The translations under genes and the position numbers were made by a program. 61,775 bases of DNA, taken from IMG/VR virus record IMGVR_UViG_3300027832_000007. The stretch is one strand, 5' to 3'. The notes beneath the pieces are model-generated. The model made no database searches. It worked only from the letters and a program-made list of their open reading frames with translations, and was not told the DNA's origin. The stretch's first letter is position 1, and every line of letters starts with the position of its first letter. This document shows positions 21,402 to 31,398 of this stretch, piece by piece. This DNA is from an uncultured virus (IMG/VR IMGVR_UViG_3300027832_000007) (taxonomy: Duplodnaviria > Heunggongvirae > Uroviricota > Caudoviricetes).

Positions 21402-24400
21402 TTACTCTAACATTTTATCAATATCATCAATCATATTATCAATATCATTATTAATTTTAATGTTTTTATCATAAACTTTAGTTTTCTCACCTTTATCTTT
21501 GTTGCTTGGCTTTACAGCCTCAATTAAGATATCAATAAATTTACTTTCGTATTTTTTGGTTCGTTTATTTAATTTAGCAGTTAAATTATTTTTCCTTTCA
21601 GTTAATTGTTTATCAATTCTTTTAATATTTTCAGATAATGTTGAACCGAAATCTAAGTCTTCACCACCAGATTCTGCGCCAGTACCACCAGCTTCTCCAC
21701 CTAATCCACCATCAGCACCCTCATCAGCACCCTCATCAGCAACCTCATCAGCACCCCCATCTTCAGCATCACCGAAATCTAAGTCTTCACCACCAGTACC
21801 ACCGCCACCAAATCCGCCACCAAATCCACCACCTAATCCGCCACCACCAGTTTCTCCACCACCACCAGCTTCTACACCACCAGCTTCCCCACCAGCACCA
21901 CCTTCTAAAGCAGCTTGGTAATCACCGTAAATTCTATCAACCGTATCAAACATACCAGTATGTTTAATTACATTAGCCGTATTAGCTAATTCAGCAGCAG
22001 CAGCTTTCTCCATTCTTTGTTCAAGTAAATCTTGTTTAATTTCATCATCAGACCAACCTAATATCTCTCTATGAGCACGAGTCCATGACATAGTACTAAA
22101 TCCAGTTCCAATATCGGATGTTGCATCTTTAAGTAATGAAACTTTAAGTTGTAAGTTTTCAATTTTAAGCATTTCAGCTTGTGTTGATGGATTATTTAAT
22201 GTAAGTGTGAAATTATCTAAATCATCCTCAAACCCTAAAATATATAAATGTATAATAGCAATCTTGTTAAGTTCTTGTAGCATAGATTGCTGTATTCTAT
22301 TTATTGTTCTAGAAAAACGAACGTCTTGTATCGCTAAATTTTTACCATCACCAGATGTCTCATCAAAACCTAAGAAAGGTTTAGGTACACGCAAAGCTGT
22401 AAATAAATTACTTCTTAAATATTCAATATCAGCAATTTGGTCTAAATTACTGTTTTTCAAGTAGTTACCAGCTTCTGTTGCAAATGTATGATAATTATGG
22501 TATAATTCATCACCATCTACGGTAATTGTACCAGTATCTTCTTTAACCTTTAACCATTCAATATTAACTATTTTATGATTATAGTTGGCTTCTTCAACAG
22601 ATTTATTAGACTTTTCAATATAATATCTCCAAGCTATTACGTTCTTATAACCTAACTCTTCAGCTGTTACTTTACACCAGTCTCTGTAATTCTTAAACCC
22701 ACGTTCTTTAATCATCTTATCTAGATGATTACGTGTAAATTCATTTAGGTTTGTTAGTGAGCTTCTAATGTCTTTATTTGAATCCGTAAACTCAGTCATG
22801 AAATCTTCATTTGAATTTAGTTCAACCAATGTCAAATCAGCTTTACCACAAAGTTTAAACATTTCAAAGAACATATTATAAAGTTTGTCACTAAATGTGA
22901 TTGTTTGTTTCTTACTAAATACTTTACGTCTGTATTCGTCAGATTCCCAGTTTTCTTTGGCTATCTTAGAAAAACTTTCTTTAAATTCATCAGTTGATTT
23001 AGCTTTACTAATGGCTTCACCTCTTAACTTAATAATCCCATATTTATTAAGATTATTATTAAATGTTTCATTAGATTTAATTCTAGAATTAATTGAATTT
23101 AATTTAGATTGTTCACCTCTAATTGATTTCTCATCTTCTGTTTGATTAGAGATGAACTTATTAATACCTTTAGTTATTTTACGTATGTTTTCTTTAGCCT
23201 TATCTGGAGTAGACCATAACTCATGCCTATGGTATTGATAATGGTCTCTTGAATTCATTAACGTTAAATTTTTAGGTACATTATTAAATCTATCGTTATC
23301 AACATGGTGAATAGTTTTCATCTTAGTTTTATAATAATCACCTTCAAATGTAAAATAATTTTCTTTATTTTTATCTTTCATAAAACTATTAACCATTCTA
23401 TGTGTGAACACCCATTCTTGTTTTAACGAATCCCATACTCTTTCATATTTTTTAGAATATTTCTTTTTTAGTATATATTCCTCATCTCTATAGAAAGGCA
23501 TTAACGAATCACCAATAACTAAATCTTGAGCTTCAACGAACCCTTTGGTTCTATGCACCCATTTATGGTCTGGTGTAGTTGTAATCGACTCACCATTATC
23601 CAATGTTATTTTCATAACCTCAGTATTTTTTCTAGTTTCACCAGCCCAAGTAATAACACCTGGTGCAAGTGCACCAGAAATTGGGTCACATGAATAAACC
23701 CAAAGGTTTCTATTACCATTATTCCATTCAGTTATTATTTCATTTAACTCTAATGTTCTACCATCTAATAATGGTATACGAGTATCTAATGCGATACAAG
23801 CACCAGGTAATGTATCGATAGGGTTAGGAGCATCTTCAGTTCTAACTGGAATGAAAAAATCTTGGTCGTTCGATAATTGGTTATAACGCAAATCAATTTG
23901 ACCAGTTTGTGGGTCAGTAATTGGCATACGTTTAAATCTATCAGCAATAGTATTAACATACTGTTCAACATCTGCATCATCAATATTTCCAACATAAATT
24001 TTATATACACGTCTCTCTGGTGCCCTAGTAACACGATATACAAGCATTGAATCCTCAGATAAAATAAGTTGTTTCCAAATACGTCTAGCTTTCTCTAATA
24101 CAGAATTATGGACAACGATACCATTTGCATAAAAATTATGATTATCATTTTCAACATATATATCGTATGTTTCGTGTTCACCACTTTCCTCAATTGATTT
24201 AATCGGTTCTAAAATAAAATCGTTAGTTAACCTATTACCAATTAAATCATATTTATTTTTTTGCCTTATTATTGGAACATTAACATTATTTAGATTAATT
24301 TTATCAACAACCAATAAATCACCTACTTTAAAATCTAGCGTATTTTTATAATCGAATTTATTTAATTCGGTATTATAATACATTATCTTATGTTCTTTAG

Positions 24401-25316
24401 ATGCGTCTATAAAATTATGTTTGGTACTAAGTTTATAAGTTTTTTTATTACCAGAATTAATAGTATCCAATACTTTCGACAATACTTTAACTTGATTTAT
24501 CTCATCAAATGAATAAACCATATCACCAATAACAATATCTTTTATCTCCTTATACCCCTCACTTGTCTCAACTCTAGAATTATATTTTAAACACGTACCA
24601 TAAGGTAAACGTCTATCATCACCTAATAAACGGAAATGAGCAATTTGCCAAGAATTAAATTCAACATCACGACCTCTCCAAAAGAATTTAACTTTACCAC
24701 TATCAGAACCTTCATCTATAGTAGTTTCTCGACCAGAAATCATATCAAATAATCCAAATTCTCTACGTTCCATCTCATAATTAGGCATCTGTTTACCACC
24801 TAATACACCTTGTGATTCATCTATATTTAAATATAAAAAATTATCACCATATTTACAAGTATTTCTTGTCCACATAGGTAAAGACGTGTGTAAATCTAAT
24901 CTATTGAAGAATAAATCCTCCAATATAGTTTTAACACGTTTACTATCAGAATAAATATTAATCATTCTACCACTATCATTAACTGTGGTTGATTCTTCCA
25001 TCATAACATCTAAAGCAGCCGCTATAATAGGATAAAATTCCATAGCCTCAAAATCAACATAAGAACCAATTCTAGTCGTTTCATAGTTAATAGATTGTTG
25101 GAATAAACCACTCTCTACCTTTTTCCATGTTTGACCTAAATATTTTTTTTGTTGTGCTTGTAATTTAGCAGTATCATACTCTTGTTTACTATTTGTTTTA
25201 AGTAATTCATTATCTCCTATGTTATATCTTTGAGACTGTTGTTTTTGAACTTTAATACCTTCTGGACTTACAACTTGTCCTAATCTTTGAAATAATGTTG
25301 AATTTTTATTTGACAT
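21402..25316 (-). CDS. gp20: portal protein (T4 gp20-like) with two inteins
   Basis: CKYGDNF, WQIAHFRL, YRVTRAPERRVYKIYVGNI, DFFIPVR, IDTLPG, ALRVPK, DVRFSRTINRIQ; about 692 aa after splicing. Confidence 0.95.
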   Translation of the reverse strand: MSNKNSTLFQRLGQVVSPEGIKVQKQQSQRYNIGDNELLKTNSKQEYDTAKLQAQQKKYLGQTWKKVESGLFQQSINYETTRIGSYVDFEAMEFYPIIAAALDVMMEESTTVNDSGRMINIYSDSKRVKTILEDLFFNRLDLHTSLPMWTRNTCKYGDNFLYLNIDESQGVLGGKQMPNYEMERREFGLFDMISGRETTIDEGSDSGKVKFFWRGRDVEFNSWQIAHFRLLGDDRRLPYGTCLKYNSRVETSEGYKEIKDIVIGDMVYSFDEINQVKVLSKVLDTINSGNKKTYKLSTKHNFIDASKEHKIMYYNTELNKFDYKNTLDFKVGDLLVVDKINLNNVNVPIIRQKNKYDLIGNRLTNDFILEPIKSIEESGEHETYDIYVENDNHNFYANGIVVHNSVLEKARRIWKQLILSEDSMLVYRVTRAPERRVYKIYVGNIDDADVEQYVNTIADRFKRMPITDPQTGQIDLRYNQLSNDQDFFIPVRTEDAPNPIDTLPGACIALDTRIPLLDGRTLELNEIITEWNNGNRNLWVYSCDPISGALAPGVITWAGETRKNTEVMKITLDNGESITTTPDHKWVHRTKGFVEAQDLVIGDSLMPFYRDEEYILKKKYSKKYERVWDSLKQEWVFTHRMVNSFMKDKNKENYFTFEGDYYKTKMKTIHHVDNDRFNNVPKNLTLMNSRDHYQYHRHELWSTPDKAKENIRKITKGINKFISNQTEDEKSIRGEQSKLNSINSRIKSNETFNNNLNKYGIIKLRGEAISKAKSTDEFKESFSKIAKENWESDEYRRKVFSKKQTITFSDKLYNMFFEMFKLCGKADLTLVELNSNEDFMTEFTDSNKDIRSSLTNLNEFTRNHLDKMIKERGFKNYRDWCKVTAEELGYKNVIAWRYYIEKSNKSVEEANYNHKIVNIEWLKVKEDTGTITVDGDELYHNYHTFATEAGNYLKNSNLDQIADIEYLRSNLFTALRVPKPFLGFDETSGDGKNLAIQDVRFSRTINRIQQSMLQELNKIAIIHLYILGFEDDLDNFTLTLNNPSTQAEMLKIENLQLKVSLLKDATSDIGTGFSTMSWTRAHREILGWSDDEIKQDLLEQRMEKAAAAELANTANVIKHTGMFDTVDRIYGDYQAALEGGAGGEAGGVEAGGGGETGGGGLGGGFGGGFGGGGTGGEDLDFGDAEDGGADEVADEGADEGADGGLGGEAGGTGAESGGEDLDFGSTLSENIKRIDKQLTERKNNLTAKLNKRTKKYESKFIDILIEAVKPSNKDKGEKTKVYDKNIKINNDIDNMIDDIDKMLE
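22452..23798 (-). mobile_element. intein (449 aa) with HNH endonuclease in the portal
   Basis: LPGA/CIALDTRIPLLDG, TTPDHKW, IHHVDNDRFNNVPKNL (HNH), ends YHTFATEAGNYLKN/S. Confidence 0.9.
24105..24593 (-). mobile_element. mini-intein (163 aa, no endonuclease) in the portal
   Basis: PYGT/CLKYNSRV ... TYDIYVENDNHNFYANGIVVHN/SVLE. Confidence 0.93.
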
Positions 25317-25362
25317 AATATATTTTTATTTAATTATAGTTAAAATTTATTAAAAATAAATG

Positions 25363-25623
25363 TTATAATACATAACCGCATTCAACATAAGCTGATTGCT
25401 CTTTTTGACCATTCACAACTTTAATATCGTACACATAAGTTACATACCAATCTTGTCCTTGAGAATAAGGTACTGCATTACAAAATCTAGATTCTCCACC
25501 ACCAGAATTGTTACTGTTAGCATTTGTATACTTATTGTTATATGAATTTACAGGTCGGCACCACGAATATAAACCATTTACAGAACTTTTCTGTGCAAAT
25601 ATTTTTTTACAATTTTTTGACAT
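25363..25623 (-). CDS. small Cys-containing hypothetical protein (probable start MSKNCKK)
   Basis: ORF between the terminase and portal genes. Confidence 0.55.
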   Translation of the reverse strand: MSKNCKKIFAQKSSVNGLYSWCRPVNSYNNKYTNANSNNSGGGESRFCNAVPYSQGQDWYVTYVYDIKVVNGQKEQSAYVECGYVL

Positions 25624-25634
25624 TTTAAATATAT

Positions 25635-28600
25635 TTATTTTCTTCTTCCAAATAACCAAGCATACTCACCTTTTGGGTCTTGTATATTTTTATATGCCAA
25701 ATGATTTGGATTTATTTTAACTTCAGATTTATTAGTCTCTTTATTATAACTATTAGTAGTTGATGAAATTTGATTACCAGTAGCCCAACTATTTAATATT
25801 GCTTTGTTTTGTTTTTCTAATCTTTCCAAATTCTTAAATGAATGTTCCATTACCCAAAGACCCATACCCAATGACATAAGTAAATCATCGTGATATCCAT
25901 CCATATGGTCTGGTCTACCATTTTTAAATATAAATGTTTTCATTTCTGAAATCATTCTAGTTGAACGAATCTTAATACCATTTGTTCTTATTTGATATTC
26001 TAGATTTGAAATCATTGGTACACGAACATTTGTTGCGTGAAAACCTGGTATTTTACTACCTTTATCATAAGACGTTAACTCTCTTTGTCTAGCAGAAAGT
26101 ATTTTACCGTTATTACTATCATAATGTAAATATTTATAATCGAATTCTAATAATTTAAGTACCGTAGAAACACCCATACCACCAGTAACATCGACTACTG
26201 TATACGCTTTATATAGATTACCATACTCTTCAACAATTTGAGCTAATAAATCTGGTTGTATTTTACCTTGATACTCTAAAACTTCCTCCATTGTGGTGAA
26301 ATCTATAATAACGATAGTTGATGAATCCTCACTATCACCCCTAGATACATCACAATTATGGGTTGTTATATGGTGACACATAAAAGTATTAGTATCACAT
26401 TCAAAATTATATACATTCCCAGTGAACTTATTCTTATTTATTTTTTTAACTCTAAAATAAATATAATCTTTATTATCATCAAAATGACAAGAACTAATGA
26501 TTCGTTTATTCTTGGTATTAAAATCACCAATATCAAATTTATTTAACTTAATATCATCAGTTTTATAAATTAATTTTATTAAATCCAAACTGTCATGATT
26601 ACCTAAAGTTAAATTGTAGGTCTCGCTTTGTTGACATTCACGACCACAAATTATTGTAATTTTAGCATCTCGTAACTTATCTAAACATGAAACAACTCCC
26701 AATGAAAAAATAATATCTTGTACCGACTCCAATAATTCTAAATTGGTACTAACAAAACTTACCTTAGAATATTTCTTCCCGTTTTTCTGAGTTTTAACCC
26801 AACACCCATCACTATCAAAATACCCTCTAATTAATTCTTTTTTATTTTCATCAGATATAAACTTAACCCATTCTGATATTTTTTTACCATGTGAGTATTG
26901 TCCGAAATTTTCTAATATGAAATAATATAAAAATTTAGAATTAAACACTAGTTCAAAAGTACTACCTTTATCGATAAATGATGGTGAACTTTTAAATAAT
27001 CGTTTTATTATATCTTTACATTTCTCAATATAACCTTCATGTTTTTTATCAAAACATAACGATATTGCATATGAGTGTTTATTTTTATCTAATCCCCCAT
27101 CACCTAACCACATACCCATAAACCACCAAAAATCGTTCTCAAACAATGGTGACTCAAATTCAAATTCACATCTGACAGCATTATCTATCTTCCATTTATT
27201 ATTATAGCCACTTTTAATTGACTCTTTATAAATATTCGGCACCTTGACCCAATCCCCAATCTCAACCTCTTCTACCCTAGTATAATTAAAATCAAAATCC
27301 CAATACCTATCATTAAATTTATATTCATCATTATTTTTATCATAATTTCGTTTTAAATTAGATTTACTAATTAAAATTGGGTGTTCCTTAGTAAATGTTG
27401 TTGTTCTAAATGTATTATCCATTTGCATTTCAAACACATCTTCATCAACCACTTGGTAAATTTGTTTATTAATTATATTTACATAATTACCATCTTCACT
27501 TATTAACCTATCATTAATATCAACATCTTCAATATTTACCAATCCTTTATCGGTTAAGACTTTTTCATTCGGTGGTAAACATCCTAAAATATATTGGTGA
27601 CCCTCAATAGGTTCTTCCCATATCCAAGTCTCTTGCTCTAGACCATGCATATACTTAGGTTCTCTTACATTATTTTTATCTTGATATTCAATATACTCTT
27701 CATTAATAACGTTACCACCAGAACCAATAAATGACACATCTAATTCTTGTGCAATCATTTTTGAATCATTATTCATACCTAAACACATCTCTTCATACCA
27801 ACTCGATGTAGGTTTCCACCCATCACTTATTCGTTCTGAATATGTTTTAAATGTAAACTCAACCTCTTTCTCCAAAAGGTCCCCTTTAATCCATCTAAGG
27901 TCTTTATTATAACGTAAATCTTCAAACCATCTCATCTCAACAATGTTGAAATTATTCTTTTTATTTTTAGCTTGGTCATAAGTCTTATAATATAAAGAAT
28001 CCATACCATTAGGTGTTTGATGACCTAATATACCATTATAAATAACGGAATGACACCAAAAATCATTAGTTTCGGGTAATGAAACATCATATGTTTTATT
28101 TTTAAGTTTTTCTAATTTAGTTATTGGAACCCATTTTGAATCTTTAAAATTAATTTTATCAATTGAATATCTGGATAAATCAAGATTTAAAACATTAATA
28201 AAATAATCTATAAATTCATTAAAAATATTTACTGATAAATTAGCTGTTTTGTTTTTATTAGAAATTCTAATTTTATTAACTAGTAAACCAGTGTTAGATA
28301 ATTTTTTAACTAATTTATGTTCGTCTATAATATTTCTAATTATATTTTTACCGTTTGGTATTATTCTATATCCATTATTATATGATACTAATTTATTTTG
28401 GTCTCTTTTTATTTGTTTCCTATTAAATCTAAAACCAATGGTATCGTAATATTTATCCGCATCAATAGATGTCGATGAAAGTCTATAATATTGACTACTA
28501 ACTTTAACTTTTTTAGTTGGTGGTGTTATTTCTTCTGAATAATCAGTTAATATACCAAGATTTAAAAATAAAAACCTTATTTGTTGAATTAATTTTTTAG

Positions 28601-31301
28601 AGGATAAATTTATACCTACCCTACCTCTAATATTATCAGAATAACCATCACCATCCATAATACCTTGTAACATAGCAATAATATTTTCACGCCCCATTTC
28701 AAGTAAACGTCTAGGTATTAATTTATTTGGTGCTTTTAAGGTTAAATCAAAACCCAAATACTCTAACAAACTACCTAAATATTTAGATGAAATTTTATAG
28801 TGTAAATTATCGTGTGATGAATAATCAAACCCAGCATTAGATATGTATGTACCAACATCATCACCACATGATATCGTAATATCACAACCAACAATAATAC
28901 CATCAATATTTTTTGGTTTATAACAAGACCCTTCTGATAAATATAAACCAATTAGATAAGCTAAATCAGTATTTATTTTATCATAAATTATTTTTGGTTT
29001 ATTTTCTCTATTTGAAAACTCATAGGCAAAATCAATAGTATCGTTATTACCGAAAATATTAAACGAATGTTGTACGTTAACATAATCACCAATTTCTAAT
29101 TCACTAACCGTAAACCAATCATATTTGTTTTTTTTATTTGAATAAGACCACAATTTATGTGTTTCAGTCGACTCAAGTTCTGAATTAGTAGTTGTTAATT
29201 TTATAGTTTCTTGAAAACCATTATTAACAATTAAATTTGATTTCCTAGATATATTATTTCCTCTAATATTATATTCTTTAACATAATAACCTAAATTAGG
29301 TATATCTGGTTCATCATAATTAATAATGTCTTTCATTTGTTGTAAACCAGTATCAGTAAAAATAAAAGTATCTTCAGTAACACAGGATATAAGTGTTGCT
29401 CGACCCCCAGTATTATGACTTATAATACCGTTTGAAATAAATGAATTTGTTTCTGGTACATGTAAATCATAAGTATAATCTTCTGACTCAGTTATAGAAA
29501 TAATTTCATCAATATAAAATAATTCTTGTCTTTTTAATTGTTCAGTTAATGATAATAAAAAAGCATTATTTGGTAACAAGGATAATAAACGGTTTAATGA
29601 TTCGACACTTAATCTATTTAAGTCTGATTTCCAAAATCTTTCTAAAAATCTAACTTTAGTTTTAACTATATTATTTATTTGTAAAACTTCTAAAATTTCT
29701 TTATTACTTACATTAACAAATCTTGAGTTTTGTTTCTTATTTAATAAAAATTGTTTATTATTTTGTTTTCTATCTAATCTAAAACCAATTTCGTCATAAA
29801 ATTTAATTGCATAATTTGAATATATTTTTAAGTTGTAAATTTTACAAATATGTTTTTTATTTTTTAATATTGATGATTTAGATGTTTTTTGTTCTTCATA
29901 TTTAACATGTGATATAATACCAAAATTAAACAATAAAGTTTGTAGAGTTTGAATTAGTTTTTTAGATGTACTTGAATATTTAATATCTTTTATAGTACTC
30001 ATACCATCACCATCGAACATACCTTGTAAAAATGCTTTAATAACATCTTTAGGCATCTTTAATAACGCTAAAGGTATTTCTTTATCCCTAGCGTTATGTT
30101 TATCCAATCCAAACATTTTAAACCATTCAATTAATTCGGTTGAGTGAAATTGATAATGGAAGTCATCAACTTTTTTAAATGCGTTACCTAAACAAGCTTT
30201 ATCTGTTAATAGAAAATTTGTTATATAATCGTCAATATTTGTGATGGTAATACCTCTTGAATTAAAATTACCCTCAGCTACGAATAAACCTAATAAATAA
30301 GAAAAATCTAAATTGTCACCAAGCTTTTTAGGTATTGTGATGTTTTTATTATTTTTGGTTTTATTGAAAACAAAATTTACTTCACTATTATCACTAAAAT
30401 AATTTTGACCATATTGAATTATTGGTTTGTCACCAATTTTTAATTCGTTCATACGAACCCAATTTTCAGTTCCATTCCTATCAATTAAGATAGGATGTTT
30501 CCAACTCCCCTCTAATTCAACACCTAATTTAGTTTTTATTTTAAATGTTTGACCATATTCACTAACAAAAGTTTGAGTTGCATTAACAATATCACCATCT
30601 TTATTACAAACTTTATGTGGTAACTCCAAATCAGTGAAACCTATTTTATCTTTTTCAGAAACTAATTCATCAAGTTGAATTAAACCATTTTCAGTTAAAA
30701 TTAACGAATCTTTTGTTAAGCATCCTAAAGCTGTAAGTGCGGCACCAAAAACTTCAGCACCATTATCAATATATGCAGCCTCATCCATGATAAGAAATGT
30801 AGGTGTAAAACCCCTCAAAGCATCTTTAGATGTAGCAACCGCTTTAACACGACTACCATTAGGTAATTTTATTTCTTTTTTTGAATCTGTAATAAAAATT
30901 GATTTGGCGTCCTTTTTAGCATCACCACAATACTCACTTCCCCATACCCATCTAGGTAATTGACCAAGAAAATCTTTAATCTTAGCTAAGAATTCAAATG
31001 CAAGTTCTTGTTTATTGGCAATAATAAGTATATTCTCTGGGTTATCCCTATCACCAAAACCTACTTTGATTGACATATATGCAGCGGTTGTTGTTGATAC
31101 ACCAGCTTGACGTGGTTTTGTTACAATATTAAATCTATGTTTATCATATGCTTTAATTATTTCTTTTTGTCTAGGAAATAATTTAAAAGGTACGAAACCT
31201 TCTTGCGTTTTATCGAACGTTTCTAAATATGTCTCAATAGCATGAACAGAATCAGTAAGACAATGAGCATACTCTTGAAATATTTCTTGTGTTGTTAACA
31301 T
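25635..31301 (-). CDS. gp17: terminase large subunit (gp17-like) with three inteins
   Basis: LFPRQ, KPRQAGVST, RGFTPTFLIMDEAA, ISTPNG after splicing, GCDVSRGD, HDDLLMS; about 586 aa mature. Confidence 0.95.
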   Translation of the reverse strand: MLTTQEIFQEYAHCLTDSVHAIETYLETFDKTQEGFVPFKLFPRQKEIIKAYDKHRFNIVTKPRQAGVSTTTAAYMSIKVGFGDRDNPENILIIANKQELAFEFLAKIKDFLGQLPRWVWGSEYCGDAKKDAKSIFITDSKKEIKLPNGSRVKAVATSKDALRGFTPTFLIMDEAAYIDNGAEVFGAALTALGCLTKDSLILTENGLIQLDELVSEKDKIGFTDLELPHKVCNKDGDIVNATQTFVSEYGQTFKIKTKLGVELEGSWKHPILIDRNGTENWVRMNELKIGDKPIIQYGQNYFSDNSEVNFVFNKTKNNKNITIPKKLGDNLDFSYLLGLFVAEGNFNSRGITITNIDDYITNFLLTDKACLGNAFKKVDDFHYQFHSTELIEWFKMFGLDKHNARDKEIPLALLKMPKDVIKAFLQGMFDGDGMSTIKDIKYSSTSKKLIQTLQTLLFNFGIISHVKYEEQKTSKSSILKNKKHICKIYNLKIYSNYAIKFYDEIGFRLDRKQNNKQFLLNKKQNSRFVNVSNKEILEVLQINNIVKTKVRFLERFWKSDLNRLSVESLNRLLSLLPNNAFLLSLTEQLKRQELFYIDEIISITESEDYTYDLHVPETNSFISNGIISHNTGGRATLISCVTEDTFIFTDTGLQQMKDIINYDEPDIPNLGYYVKEYNIRGNNISRKSNLIVNNGFQETIKLTTTNSELESTETHKLWSYSNKKNKYDWFTVSELEIGDYVNVQHSFNIFGNNDTIDFAYEFSNRENKPKIIYDKINTDLAYLIGLYLSEGSCYKPKNIDGIIVGCDITISCGDDVGTYISNAGFDYSSHDNLHYKISSKYLGSLLEYLGFDLTLKAPNKLIPRRLLEMGRENIIAMLQGIMDGDGYSDNIRGRVGINLSSKKLIQQIRFLFLNLGILTDYSEEITPPTKKVKVSSQYYRLSSTSIDADKYYDTIGFRFNRKQIKRDQNKLVSYNNGYRIIPNGKNIIRNIIDEHKLVKKLSNTGLLVNKIRISNKNKTANLSVNIFNEFIDYFINVLNLDLSRYSIDKINFKDSKWVPITKLEKLKNKTYDVSLPETNDFWCHSVIYNGILGHQTPNGMDSLYYKTYDQAKNKKNNFNIVEMRWFEDLRYNKDLRWIKGDLLEKEVEFTFKTYSERISDGWKPTSSWYEEMCLGMNNDSKMIAQELDVSFIGSGGNVINEEYIEYQDKNNVREPKYMHGLEQETWIWEEPIEGHQYILGCLPPNEKVLTDKGLVNIEDVDINDRLISEDGNYVNIINKQIYQVVDEDVFEMQMDNTFRTTTFTKEHPILISKSNLKRNYDKNNDEYKFNDRYWDFDFNYTRVEEVEIGDWVKVPNIYKESIKSGYNNKWKIDNAVRCEFEFESPLFENDFWWFMGMWLGDGGLDKNKHSYAISLCFDKKHEGYIEKCKDIIKRLFKSSPSFIDKGSTFELVFNSKFLYYFILENFGQYSHGKKISEWVKFISDENKKELIRGYFDSDGCWVKTQKNGKKYSKVSFVSTNLELLESVQDIIFSLGVVSCLDKLRDAKITIICGRECQQSETYNLTLGNHDSLDLIKLIYKTDDIKLNKFDIGDFNTKNKRIISSCHFDDNKDYIYFRVKKINKNKFTGNVYNFECDTNTFMCHHITTHNCDVSRGDSEDSSTIVIIDFTTMEEVLEYQGKIQPDLLAQIVEEYGNLYKAYTVVDVTGGMGVSTVLKLLEFDYKYLHYDSNNGKILSARQRELTSYDKGSKIPGFHATNVRVPMISNLEYQIRTNGIKIRSTRMISEMKTFIFKNGRPDHMDGYHDDLLMSLGMGLWVMEHSFKNLERLEKQNKAILNSWATGNQISSTTNSYNKETNKSEVKINPNHLAYKNIQDPKGEYAWLFGRRK
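26355..27581 (-). mobile_element. terminase intein 3 (409 aa), LAGLIDADG
   Basis: ILG/CLPPNEKV ... GMWLGDG ... IRGYFDSDG ... HITTHN/CDVS. Confidence 0.93.
28017..29384 (-). mobile_element. terminase intein 2 (456 aa), LAGLIDADG, C-terminal Gln
   Basis: LIS/CVTEDTFI ... LIGLYLSEG ... LQGIMDGDG ... NGILGHQ/TPNG. Confidence 0.92.
29412..30722 (-). mobile_element. terminase intein 1 (437 aa), LAGLIDADG
   Basis: ALG/CLTKDSLIL ... LLGLFVAEG ... FLQGMFDGDG ... NGIISHN/T. Confidence 0.93.
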
Positions 31302-31350
31302 ATCTTTTTAGATATAAATATCTATAACAACAGAAAACAACTATTCTAAA

Positions 31351-31379
31351 ATAAAAAAGGGTCATATAGACCCTTTTTA
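31351..31379. terminator. intrinsic terminator
   Basis: AAAAAAGGGTC-atata-GACCCTTTTT. Confidence 0.8.
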
Positions 31380-31398
31380 ATGTGTTTCATTACATATA

